Assembly: GCA_949358305.1 (NCBI GenBank)
Contig: OX442314.1
Location: 11,036,001-11,100,000 of the forward strand
DNA length: 64,000 nucleotides
Direction: 5' to 3'
Source: Strigamia acuminata
Lineage: Eukaryota
Shown: positions 26,301-34,721 of the stretch, piece by piece
How positions within the stretch are numbered: the first letter of the stretch is position 1
Layout of the letters: every line of letters starts with the position of its first letter
Notes under the pieces: generated by a model
The model's input: the letters and a program-made list of their open reading frames with translations, nothing else
What the model was told of the DNA's origin: nothing
Databases searched by the model: none
Position numbers and translations under genes: made by a program

Positions 26301-29300
26301 TGACTACGAGCGAATGACCACCGAGCAACGTCAACGGGAGTACGAGCAGAAACATGCGGCGGAAAAAGCACGCGTTGCCGAGATCCATCGTGTTGAGGAG
26401 GAAAAGAAAGCGATCCAAGAAGCTAAGGAATCGGAAGAAAAGCGACGCGCTGAGGAAACTCGTTTAAACGAATTGCGAGAGATGCTTCAAACTTCAGCTC
26501 ACCATCACGAATTTGCGCCATCCATTCCACCGGGTCCGGGTTTCTCGGGTTGGGACGATGCCCCACCCACAATTACTTTAGAACTTTTGCCTAGCTTGAT
26601 GTCTCCAGCGGCTATTATCTGCAACTTCGCTAACGGTCGAGGTGAGTGCCTTCAATTTGGAATGTCAACACAAGCGCAACGACAACTTTTCCGTTCCCTC
26701 GCCGTTGCTGATTTGCGCATGCCTTTGGCCGAGGCAAATCCGTTATTAAATTTATTGTATCGACGATATGGAGAGTTATTTCTCGACCATTGTCGGAACG
26801 AGATTAACCGACGAGGTGCAGTTAACTTTCACGATGCGCAGCGCATAGTGGTGGAAATTGCGCTCAATATGATTAAATATTTCCGAATTCCTCGTCATCG
26901 CGAAATCTTGGAAAAGGATTTCGAGCAACAATCCTAAACGTGACTTTGTGTGCGCAAGTTGTTTGCAAATTGAAGTCAGGAGATCGTATTAATGGGCGCT
27001 TCGTAAAATTCCTCCGCTTCGGCGTTGAGTTGAAGGACTTGATACGAGGATCCTGGTGATTTGCGAATACTTTGTGCGCACTTCAACCTACTATTCATCA
27101 TTATTTTGTGTTTTTATCATATTTTCATCTCTAATTGTGTCCAAAATGCGCCGCCAGATTGTGGATCTCTGGTAAATGCCCTAATAAAACATCTCCGCAG
27201 TTGTGCGTTGAGTTTGGGCTGGCCCGCATTTAAATATCCTCACGGTATCCACAACCAACATTCATCATCATCTTTAAATCTTCATCATTTTCCCGTTCCG
27301 CCATGCGATTCCATTGATGAGGCGCTCCGTAAAATATCTCTCGAGTTGGAGGACTTGATGGAACGAGCTTGGGCAGCGGTAATGTGTCGATTTGAAGAAC
27401 AAATAATTATTATTAGTGTTTCATCATAAATGTTATTATTTTTGCGCAACTTTTCAATTGTGATAATTCTCACTGATAATTTATATTTTTATTTAATTAT
27501 TTTTACGTTTTTAGTGCTTTAGAATCGGACAATTGGATTTTTAGTACTACAATTATATTTTATTTAAGTGCAATTATGATTTTGATAATTTTCTAGTCAT
27601 ATTATTGAAATATTTATTTTAGTTTAATGATTTTGATATCTTTTTGTACTATAATCATTCCAGAATTATCTTCATTTAATTATGATAATTTCTTCCGAAG
27701 TTTAGGAATCTAATTTCGTTTAATTTTTATTTCCATTGTTATTTTTAGCGCAATTATTCTGGAATGATTCAAGTTAATATTCAATGTTTAAATTTATGTA
27801 ACTGTTCTTTCATAAGTATTTAATCAAGACTATTGTGATATTTAACTAATTTTACATGATTACTTTAATTCTGTGACTTTTAAATCAATGTGGTTAATTC
27901 CGTGGCAATACGAGTTGTATTGTGCGCGCGGGTGTTTGTTATATTTCTAATATTATATTTTTGTTTTCCATTTCATTCATAGAATTAATAACCTAATTAT
28001 CCTTGCGCAAAGTTTCGCGCATCCATTTAAAAAGTTCCTATTAATCTGAAATCATACTTACCTTATGCAGGTTGCATAAATTATGTACCTTACCTTTGTT
28101 TTTGTTTGTTTTGCGCAATTACGCGCATTCTACCATAACATAAATACCCAATTTGATATTAATAAATCCCATCCTGATTCTTGATAATTCTCATGTGTCG
28201 GCTCTTTATTTTTGTTTAATTTAAAATTGTTTATTCGATGATTTTTATACAGGAAGCAAAAGTTTGTTTATACAAAAAGTAAGAGTGTTTCAAATTTTTA
28301 TTTCATAAATTGTTTGGGTAAAGTGTATAGACTCTCGTCCGTCCTAGGTATCGTCGGCCCCTTTAGGTTTAGTGTTCGCCCTCCTTGTGTCGTCCCTGTT
28401 TCGTTTTGTGATTTCGAGTAGAATGATTTAAATTTTACCATTGTGACTTTACAAGAGAAAATTGATTCAAATTTATTTTTCAAAAGCCATGGTGATTTAT
28501 TAATTTTTTGCCTTTAATAATTTAATTAATCTTTCATATTTAATCTAGTATTGTTTAACTTTAGTTTATTATTTTGACAAGGTTGTTGAATTTTTGCACA
28601 ACGTGCATTATTTTAGACAGAGTTGTTAAGTCTTTGCGCAAACGCGCATCATTTTTGTTTAATTTATTTTAATTTATTTTTATCTACCTTTTTTGAAAAT
28701 TTGTGTAATTTTTGCGCATGGCGCATTATTATTGTATGACTTTCCTTGTCTCTTATCCTTTTATTCTCTTCGATAAATCTCGAATAATAAAAGCCTAAGG
28801 GGGGAGGGATGTCACGGGCAGGTTACCCACCCTTCTTTTTTGTTCATTTCTAACTTAGACTAACCCAATCTTAAGTTTTCTTATTTTTTCCCAATCTTTC
28901 TTTTCATCTAACATCGATGAATCATCTCTAAATATATGCGCAGCTTTATTGCGCGCATCTTATTATTTTCAACAATTAACTTTATTTTATACCTTCCACC
29001 CCCTCACCCACTCCAATCGACCTGGTCACATGACTCATGTTTACCTGGTCACTACTTTTATCCATAATCCACACTTCTCATACTTCTCTCAACGAGTTAA
29101 CACCTCTTAGATTGAATTGAGTTTGTCAATCTTTATTTTGCGCTTTAACACGCGCCCCTTCTAATTTAACACTTAATAGCGCCTCTTTTTGCCCACCTTT
29201 TATCCCTTCGCATGCCTGTGACATCCTACGCCCACCCGCATACGAATATCACTGCGCATACTCATTCTTTTTAAACGTAAAGACCCACAACGTGAGATTG

Positions 29301-32300
29301 AGCCCGTCGAATATAAATAATGTGTGTTACAGCGAGTTAGGTTTATTCACCGTCCGATATCCGCATATGACGATGGCACAAACAGAGTAAATCTACGAAC
29401 TTTGCCCGCTGATTTGCGCTAACATCACCTTGCGCGTAAATTCAGATCAAATCAATTAAACATCTAAGTTGATTCGTAACAAAGATAATTTTTATTTATT
29501 AATGGCAGATATTTTAACGATTGGTGTGAAACTGTGTCTGATAACGATGAAGCTGAAACAATGAATACTGAAGGCCACAAATTAACTAAAATCAATTATT
29601 TACACGTATAGTGAAAATATTGTAAATTTTATTTACCCGGTAGTTTAAATATTTTTTTTTACATTTAGATGGAATTTTGTGACAACGGCACACTTCGTAA
29701 TGCCATTGATATGGGATTATTTGAAGAGGAAAAGTTGATATGGCGTTATTTCGAAAGTATGATTAATGGCCTTTGTTACCTGCATTCAGAGGTTAGTAAA
29801 AAATAGAATAAAAAAGTGTAATTACTGCCCACGATTTTTTTTTTAATAGGGTATTATTCTTAACAGCTTTACACCAGAAAATATTTTTATAGATTCAAAA
29901 CGTCGTGCTCAAATTAGTAAATTTGGACTTTCAACTATTGTTTGTCAATTTAAAAAAAAAAACTTAGTGGAATTTAAAGTGGTGATTTTAATCTTGTAGA
30001 ATCGTACATTGGATGCAACTTGTTCTAAAAATATTGCTTCACGTGAATACGCAGCTCCAGAATATGACGGCACAAATTACAGTCAGGTAATCAATCATTT
30101 TTTGTGTGTTAGATTTGCCAATAGTTATTTTTAATTCTTTTAATTTAGGAAGGTAATGTCTTTAGTGCCGGTAGAATGTTATTAGAGATGTGGCTTCCTC
30201 CATTAAAATTGGATGCACGATGCAAAATGCTGTGTTGCTTTAGCATAAAGTCTTTGAATTTTGTGGTGAAGTCGGCACCTTATCCAGGAATTATTGCGTT
30301 TTGGTTGCAAACTAAGAGTGTTGAGGACAGACCAACTGCGAAGCAAGTGAAACACATCCTTAATTTTGAAAGAATGGAATGTTCGTTAGAAGTTGTCTTC
30401 GTGGATAGACTGATGACATTTTCAAACGAAAATGCACTATCAACTTCAAGCCTTATGTTATGTTTTGAAAATTCTTTGCAGCGAGTATTTGTGGAAAAGT
30501 TTTTGTCATTACAAGAAGGGCAGAGAATGAGTGATGGGGAGCGAGAGAAAGCTGAGGAGAGATTCTACAGTCCCGTGCAGGCTATAAACGGACAACCCAA
30601 CGCAGAAGATGTAATAGACTTATTAACCTTGGATACGATAAACAAAGTAGATATTTATCGATGGGCGCTAGACAAACTAGAGAATAGAAGAGTTTTTCCT
30701 TTTGACGGTATTCGTTTACCCCAATTTAAAGAAATGTGGAATATAAACAATGAACGTTTGTGCAAACCGGATCATAGGTAATTGACGAGACTGTTTTAGC
30801 GCAAAAATCGACATTTTATTGACCAATTGGTCTAAAATGGCGGTTTTGGACTAAAATGTTAACTTTTAAACTTGGTAATGACGAGTTTGAGTTTCGGCAA
30901 GACATTTATTCTACTTTCACCCTTGCCTATTTGATGAAACCGGTCACGTGGTAATGTATTTAGTCGCAACGCCATGGGAAACAAAACAACTGGTTTCACT
31001 TTGAGAATTAAAACAACTTTTGTTTATTAATATCAGATGTAAATCTAGGATTGAAACTGCACCAGTTGCTACAGCAGATGAGATTACTTCAAAAACTGAA
31101 CCAGTTGATACAGCAGATGAGACTACTACAAAAACTGCACTGTCTGAAGCTTTCGGAACACTTGAGGTGAAGTTTCACTTATTGTGAAATATCGTTTTGT
31201 TTCATGTATTTGTTGTTTAATTTCAGATGATGAAAAGAACGTCTAGTTTCCTTTATAAAGGGTTTGCTGACGTGTCAAGTGAGGATAAATATCACCAGTG
31301 GCTATTCATTGTACAAATGATTAAAATCTTCGCTTTCGTGGCGAAGCCAGTGAGTTTAAAAAAGTTAAAATTAATCGGATGTAGCTTCAAAAAAGTCAGT
31401 ATTTAGGGTGAAAATATTGGGAACTTGGACCCAGAAATGTTCAAGGATTCAAATGATTGTGTTGAAGTAAAAGACTCTGATCAACAAACTGATCCTGATA
31501 ACGTAGTTTCCAGTGTTGAGGGTGGAACCAGTGATATTCTGGTAAATGATCTACAAGTTCAGGATTATTTGTCGGTAATGTTTTCGGAGTTACAGGCTCA
31601 GAAGAAAACGCCAATTCTATTGGCCCCTGCGAATGAAGGGGCTACTACGAGCAGAGAGCAAAGAACAGATGAGACAGACACAGGCAGTAAATCTCGATTT
31701 CAAACTGAATTTGAAGAAAAGACTCTGATTGGCAAGGGTAACTTTGGCACAGTGTTTAAGGTACGTAGAAAAAAAGATGGACAATTGTATGCTGCAAAGG
31801 AATTAACTTTGGAGCATAAAGAAAATATTGAAGAAGTAAAAATTTTATCTGAATTGCAAGATGAACATATTGTGAGGTAAATGGCTTTTAGACTCAATTT
31901 GGAAAAGTGTATACCATATGGTTTGTATATTGATTGCAGGTATTATGATACTTGGATTGAAGCTAAAGGGCTTGTTTCAGTATTGTATATACAGGTAGGC
32001 CTATGAGGAAAAGTAATTTTCAAATGTAGGTTTATTCAGTTTAATAAATAAATCTGTAGATGGAATTGTGTGAAAACGGTTCTCTGCTTGATGAAATTAG
32101 AAAGAGATTGTTGTGGGCTGATTCACCTCGTGTGTGGCGCTTGTTTAAGGGCTCAGTTAAAGGCATTGCTTACCTACATCATAAAGTAAATGGACAAAAA
32201 ATCAGAAATTAGCTGTGGACTAATATGTTTATAACTATAGAAAATAATTCATGGAGACCTGTCAGCTAAAAATATATTCCTGGATTCGAGAGATAATGCG

Positions 32301-34721
32301 AAAATCGGAGATTTTGGTTTTTCAAATTTTATTAAGGTTTGGAATCTAGATTTTGTATATTTATTTTTAGATGTATTTGGTGATTTTAAATTGTACAGAG
32401 GCCTGAATTGGATACATTTGGAACTGTTGGGAGAACTTCAAGTGCTGATTCGGATATAAGCAGCACGAGTTACAGTCATCAGGTAATCAATAATTTTTTA
32501 TACAGTGTATTCTCTGAAGCCCGCAAGTAGGACGGGTCCCAGAAACTTGTACTGGCTAGATGTTGAGATTATGCTTGGATGGGGTTATTTGCATCAAGAT
32601 ATGGTTGGAGAGAAAATTAGACACGTGTAAACAGGAAGTGAGATTTATTCTCCTAAATATATTCAAATACACTTGTATGCCACCTGACGGTGACGCACCA
32701 AACAATATCACCAACCCTAGGCAATGTCCAGTTCGCTGAGCGCACGCTCTCTGGTTCGGACAAATGCCCCATGTCTGGTCTAGAGAAAGTTAAAAAATAA
32801 ATAAATAAAATCGGTTTGGCTTTAATTTTCTAATGAAAAAATCAAAATATATTCGATTTTCTAATAAAAGAAGCAATAAAAATTATATTAAAAATTAATT
32901 TATTTCCATGATCACGGATTGAAAACCAAAATTTGCGCAAAGGGGTAGTGCAAAGTTCTGCTAAAAGTACGTAATGTCTACGTACCTTAAGACACGCACC
33001 TTCGACGCAAATTTCGGTTTCCAACTCTTGTGAACCTGGCAATAAATTAATTTTTAATTTAATTTTTAATGCTTTTAATTATTTTTATAATTTGTTTCAT
33101 TAGAAATTTGTCCAGACTACACAGAAATTTTTTCCTATACGGGACGCATCGCTTTCTCCGGAGTCCGGAGGACAGGGCCGTGTTTACACTTTTCAGCGCC
33201 CTGGGCTGATAAAACTCAGGCGCCCCTTGCCCAGCACTTTTCCGTGCCCGGCGCCCTTCTGTGCCCATCAAGCCCTTGTGCCCCCCGGCGCCCCCCTGTG
33301 CCCGGTGCCCCTGGGCTGCAGCCCAGTTAGCCCAATGGTAAAGGTGGGCCTGTCGGAGGAGGGTGCTGTCCGGACAGCAGAGCTAATTTCCCATTGCTGG
33401 TTATTGTTTGGGTCCAGGTTCCTGCAAACCTGTCTGGCCTGGTATGCCCGAGCTACAGTGTAGGGTTGCACCGAATATTCGGTTTATATTCGGTTATTCG
33501 GCCTATTCGGCCAAAAAACCGAATATTAAGTATTCGGCCGAATATCAACCTAATATTCGGCCGAATACATAATAATTAGAAAATTAGAATAATTTGCACA
33601 TTTGAATGGAAAGTTTCGCCTTTTTAGGACAAATACTGATTATTTTACGTAGTTTCTACTATATAAATTGCATTTCATCAGAAAACTTTATATTTTTCAA
33701 TGAAAAAATGCAATTTTGACAAAATAATTTTAATTTTGGCTTTACGAAGTCATTATATGGGGAAAAAGTCGTTTTTACGGTGAAAAAGTGACGTTTTTAC
33801 GTTTAAAATGACGCTTTTACATTTAAAATGTCATTTTTACATAAAAATTTTGGTTTTTACATTTAAAAAGCCATTTTTACATTAAAATTTGCGATTTTAC
33901 CTGAATTTTTATAGCAAATTTGACATAACGATGACATAAAATGGCTTTTTTCTTCAGTGAAAAAACACTTTTCCACCATAAAATAACTTTTTTCACCCCA
34001 AATGTTTATTATTTTTTATTATTCGGTTATTCGGCCGAATACCGAATATTCGGCCACTGTATTCGGTTCCGAATATTCGGTATTCGGTTATTCGGCTTTT
34101 TTAATATTCGGTGCAACCCTACTACAGTGACTATACTCTTTCCACACTCAAGAAACACCTCTCAAAGCTTGGCTCCCATTGGCCACCAATCAACTGCTGT
34201 ACTAATCCTCAGAACTGCAGTTGATTGGTGGCCAATGGGAGCCAAGCTTTGAGAGGTGTTTCTTGAGTGTGGAAAGAGTATACACTGTATTTATTTACCT
34301 TTGATTTATCATTATTTGTTTTTAAATTTAGGATTATGATGTCGAACAATTGGGAAGAATTCTTTTAGAAATGTGCTGCCCACCAGATGAATGTGTTATC
34401 ATTAATGGTGTCACCAAATCTGGCAACGAAGTTTACGAAGAATTTTCATTTTCGCATCGCCCCATTGGTGATCAAGAAATTATTTTCCCACCAAATATGG
34501 ATGAAGAGTTTGTACCACTTCTCCGTATGTTGTTAAATCGCAGTGTTGATGGAGTCCCCCCAATCAGTTCATACTTATTATTACTAAGCTTTCTTTTTTG
34601 GGATTGGATAGAATTTCTTAATTCCAAACGAAAACGTTCAAACCAAGAGAAAGAGTCTGGGCCATCTGGCAGTTCTGTAGAGAGGGCCCTCTTAAAACTT
34701 TTCTGTGACCCGGAGGAGTAA
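14392..34721 (+). CDS. Tandem GCN2-like kinase gene, copy A (pseudokinase plus kinase-like domain); frame appears intact; LTR element inside an intron
   Basis: D1: LSKGAFSEVLKV..LLSRLDPGYVVR|YFNDW..MEFCDNGTLRNAIDMGLF..GIILNSFTPENIFID..KFG..YAAPE. D2: SRFQTEFEEKTLIGKGNFGTVFKV..LYIQ|MELCENGSL..VWRLF..IIHGDLSAKNIFLDSRDNAKIGDFG. Exon phases checked by hand. Confidence 0.8.
14989..15660 (+). repeat. 5' LTR (672 bp)
   Basis: TGTCACG...CGTAACA termini; direct repeat of 28810-29481. Confidence 0.97.
15665..15685 (+). promoter_or_regulatory. Primer-binding site, tRNA-Arg-like
   Basis: TGGCGAGCCTGACAGGATTCG begins after a 4-nt spacer behind the LTR; its complement CGAATCCTGTCAGGCTCG-CCA resembles the 3' end of tRNA-Arg. 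Confidence 0.8.
15765..17735 (+). CDS. gag: Gag-like polyprotein
   Basis: Position after the PBS; retrotransposon-gag-like segment RGRAQRWWLSL..TWEDFEILFRRAF..RKQRNGES. Confidence 0.85.
   Translation: MSRQLGGDGIRPVTRDPFDFSELEMEQEWQQSERRSGVRREEEREFREWQQHDQLRRSRIEQQETLVSIAQQQPAPSNHIMTMAVANSRAQPQVNFATSTPADFLAAPSFFDSTQPRALVDPVTLNTEGLLMSDLRNQYYAQTRGLVNEIREIFQQGPRSLRTGTARSLDGGSSHGSIRVKGTSAPYDLGLPTACPHQHREVEHRGQQTRTSAQAAQIVYTTTTPPMPAMATIYTQAPSQEPAQLDSTTRANRDLMSSMLYSKMGYPRDRSDTKAKLSLPSVRAQHTSKDKNCFKPGKPPLFDPDKADLDYINLFLAHLYAHMYSMQAPVDEYLKVFVIQATRGRAQRWWLSLKPKPKTWEDFEILFRRAFAMNSAAANVKLSKRKQRNGESTMSFLSEIVYYLQVAGYTDPELQWEKAQNMMQTEVVHLLRAWNVNSLDEAIQRGNDIDNRLQLDTIRADEYKDLGMADQRMPSLRDAQRPTVLKAAEKSKGDDDVKSLVSQDVKRFARYRKQFLIELAAVQARPEQSPPAQEPDTSSSSSDTDAELEIKKSTVAEAAQKATIKINLATLTPPADVPKDHVCSTSIVTFPPAPKPPLTVKCPEKGTAWRKTPKDWWYLVDTATWHPLCPICYQPFRRPENSEGLKFGKPVEPGRK
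17732..23377 (+). CDS. pol: Pol polyprotein (protease, RT, RNase H, long Pro/basic spacer, integrase)
   Basis: LLDSGA protease; RMPFG and YIDD RT; QTDAS, E..A, SDHQSL, ADALSR RNase H; H-x5-H...CEAC zinc motif and IDYY/ISDNA/AER integrase core. Confidence 0.97.
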   Translation: MSRPALRAKRLKSKRRASPLINLKEDNPSQVNSTTSPTVITLSEYKPVSSVISSSSSIITSATKASDLQTAVPEAVKDELPKLTDLQPVISKKNPKVTIVSKITKTLPIIKSTSSATTTEAPKEVISPMKVSFVMLTPEELKETQEPIIEITRGDRLCKKAPCVKISWANVACTALLDSGAQTCVMSEDVFQQLHEKMGLDFVNLHERVQVASGDIVDSTKSMQLALRAPIGIIKFICMVLPDAKMDMLLGRDFCTAAGIDIDHARQQWSMVGSNEIRKFMTYEEAKKSESILILPFAPEETQDPSNPPAAISEIVPTKILRKPDPVSEINCLLLAHRPLQQEIFEYPHDDAQYRVKQVRHRAQRRWSNIWSPKRKETSKISSNLKKTISRKLTLSQFRRLRRLRRKINVIRPIAKQLVAQRAKDINAKKESKINIFSIAQPDNGGNNSKMNINDINFLQYQPSGDPTDLDWIYHQLWNQLTVPQIKLLIKTLQPVSQIFREEIGLCNNTEYEVNLKPDFRPIHVPVRPVNPAKKAIIDKYIDKKLQQGIIQRSQSDCAVAPVVVPKKTGEWRTAMDFRPINAQTIPDVYPLPDIDNIFAYLGGAHWFSIIDGREAFHQIGVRKGDERYLAFITHRGLFEYVRMPFGPINGPATLQRAMNKTLAKYLYKFVFVYIDDVIIFSRTFEEHVQHLRLVLEELFNAGFTMNANKTELCQKRLEVLGHIVESGQITPNPKKVVAIQNYPAPTSLRELQRFKGMVGYYQSFIANFSKISEVFRPLLKKDATWIWTDAQQLAFEYLKDQIAIPTLKRRFPSWKKPFILQTDASYSGLGAALMQLNDEGVRIPIAFASRALNSAEKNYKVTEIECLAAVWGVKRFRAYLEMMPFYLESDHQSLKWLFQQREPTGRLARWVLSLSDYKFTFLHCSGCKNKVADALSRAPVDPPEVDDEDDSPEVDEACYLAYFDDCSEWPALNIIKELPKDINLQFRKLFKSKFKKVPLIAASSPTKKRNKKKSLIPRPTGKRKVIGNAPTSGAQIPSSTGVATPPTRAPPVTIPPVAPAPVVQPTATPNASVPVAQPTSQVKTPNSSPVRVSVPLRTRRQRSLIPILIKKRGRPRKINIVPILSPRAKRAIATRTRARLKDPSLIPKTPPWLPPRYAGTIKKWTFPKLLKSQQVGKLKAVRRKSAIPSHVVKPKPKSVLIPPPLPIPTPPATPISTPIPSSIPPSAIIPTRIPAPINPSSFRKKTASAPSQLPTPGTLVDKIRRNFRRITGVPAPIIQPDSHRRPTTKPSSEIPNLPTPSPTPSIPITDFPVISPRQYSEPVMYDDAAGPSGQQRPEGYTSDPDSDSTSSEDSFGPIRDMSPPTRNYYAPPTSARRTPSRLRPRRERTVIEDSRTEAEKQAELEHDPPIEHPPFELLPTAAEIIAAQRQDPWSRELIFYLTAQMLPLDPDEAAKIVANAQDFGMYKEMLCRFPPVHINEIRKRRQIYLPFELRERYFRAMHYPPVVGHMGQERTLHRIKSRVFWPKMREDIRTWIQVCEACQRAKPLNRLPYGKMIMSRSRHLFSAIYIDYYGKKPRSTEGHCYAFVMVDSASRWLDVRLTENSNIATTVKQIQKFCKRWGFPKIIISDNAPAFRSPEFRSQIQQLGAINRYTAAYHPQGNIAERLNQSLKNCILAYIDDDHTRWDVNIGYFVLAINSAYQISLKYSPFKMVTGQEARFPGDLDSDTDDGEPLPPVEAENLHEHMRRMRESAINNLRESQIRHKKWFDLKRRPHDFRPGDWVTLRNRQPSSADKQFAAGLRQRTKGVYIIHRLVGPNTVILMDENGQKTQPYNVVELRHWFFAEANFLTLKDVEIIDKHVEIFTVNTLDIFSTYFLSFK
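24163..26937 (+). CDS. Retrotransposon ORF3, 924 aa, function unknown (not env-like)
   Basis: Uninterrupted ORF from aacATGG; two CxxCxGxG motifs, Ser/Thr/Pro-rich middle, charged coiled coil; no evident signal peptide or TM segment. Confidence 0.8.
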   Translation: MACCNEDFPGRKYPKNYRTPPLHATGPPKFPHNHPDDPLDAGFPNYEICPVCSGYGKEIDPPRPECKCRACDGRGDLRRNLHIVWMRQIYGWVLRRYEQDHVIIVSVTYPPFRPLNGSPVSIQRFRTIHFWYWHRAQRVAHTNRITPRQWIYPMAEVVQLLYIQVPNLLQDEVEGLAPMLREQHLVDQMQSATIRYFHPFPGDASMMNEQVELVAETQGAMDTIDTNDQSVLPYFTGNRPPCSINRREDRTEKLTQKVLGKIEDTRVPLRRDETRDTNTTRYRPQPSEETLAQATAQLAGLSIVDNGDDEDDDDSMFTSVSTHIDLIPATKDENLNPPCDLRYFSGRSTLGRVTEQEMAELTRAHNEAIAQCRSSTPPVRDNESSFSVTPSICGVAHEIFAETPAAQVQDVRKLERKMADPRLSNVPSTQQPRGPPLSARLPPAMRERFAQSPQNANLSATSLKPTYDNNNLNSNTGARPKLLAKKNILVTTASATSTTVTAARATEAPSCSTTKISNIPVSTPGPITYAQLPSRNVSTTTKAASTPSTISVSSSQTSTPPPRVAPTEASATVASDGAQALGDIASHCDLAVDRYGVTTKPVNSLELIPDLLDEFEVEICVKGPEVSKTRFDMERKGWIALLEHMMDKDFEILRVDFRNIHGQMKTRIRDMAAQVLRRMSECDIYDHDGVLEQLIWIMHEEISRMIYHIRRRRDYERMTTEQRQREYEQKHAAEKARVAEIHRVEEEKKAIQEAKESEEKRRAEETRLNELREMLQTSAHHHEFAPSIPPGPGFSGWDDAPPTITLELLPSLMSPAAIICNFANGRGECLQFGMSTQAQRQLFRSLAVADLRMPLAEANPLLNLLYRRYGELFLDHCRNEINRRGAVNFHDAQRIVVEIALNMIKYFRIPRHREILEKDFEQQS
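28797..28809 (+). promoter_or_regulatory. Polypurine tract
   Basis: AAGGGGGGAGGGA abuts the 3' LTR. Confidence 0.9.
28810..29481 (+). repeat. 3' LTR (672 bp)
   Basis: No difference from the 5' LTR seen by eye. Confidence 0.97.
33173..33352. mobile_element. hAT-like MITE
   Basis: cagggcc...ggcctg ends; 8-bp flanks ccggagga/tcggagga. Confidence 0.6.
33461..34121. mobile_element. hAT-like MITE
   Basis: 19-bp TIR tagggttgcaccgaatatt; perfect 8-bp TSD ctacagtg; subterminal ttcgg/ccgaa repeats. Confidence 0.9.
34132..34282. repeat. Perfect 66-bp inverted repeat with 19-nt loop
   Basis: 34132-34197 is the reverse complement of 34217-34282. Confidence 0.95.

Larger units (their letters stand above)
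14989..29481 (+). mobile_element. Full-length Ty3/Gypsy LTR retrotransposon (14,493 bp) with 4-bp TSD AAGA
   Basis: Two LTRs, PBS, PPT, gag, PR-RT-RH-IN domain order; AAGA at 14985-14988 and 29482-29485. Confidence 0.97.
32503..34287. mobile_element. TA-flanked non-autonomous DNA element with nested MITEs, in the last intron of copy A
   Basis: Ends cagtgtattctct / agagtatacactg flanked by TA; absent from the same intron of copy C. Confidence 0.6.

Noticed and set aside
24163..26937. ORF3 as env
   Set aside because: No signal peptide or TM anchor; composition is intracellular-like
14392..34721. Calling the kinase genes true GCN2/EIF2AK4 orthologs
   Set aside because: No RWD or HisRS-like domains; multi-copy; degenerate catalytic motifs
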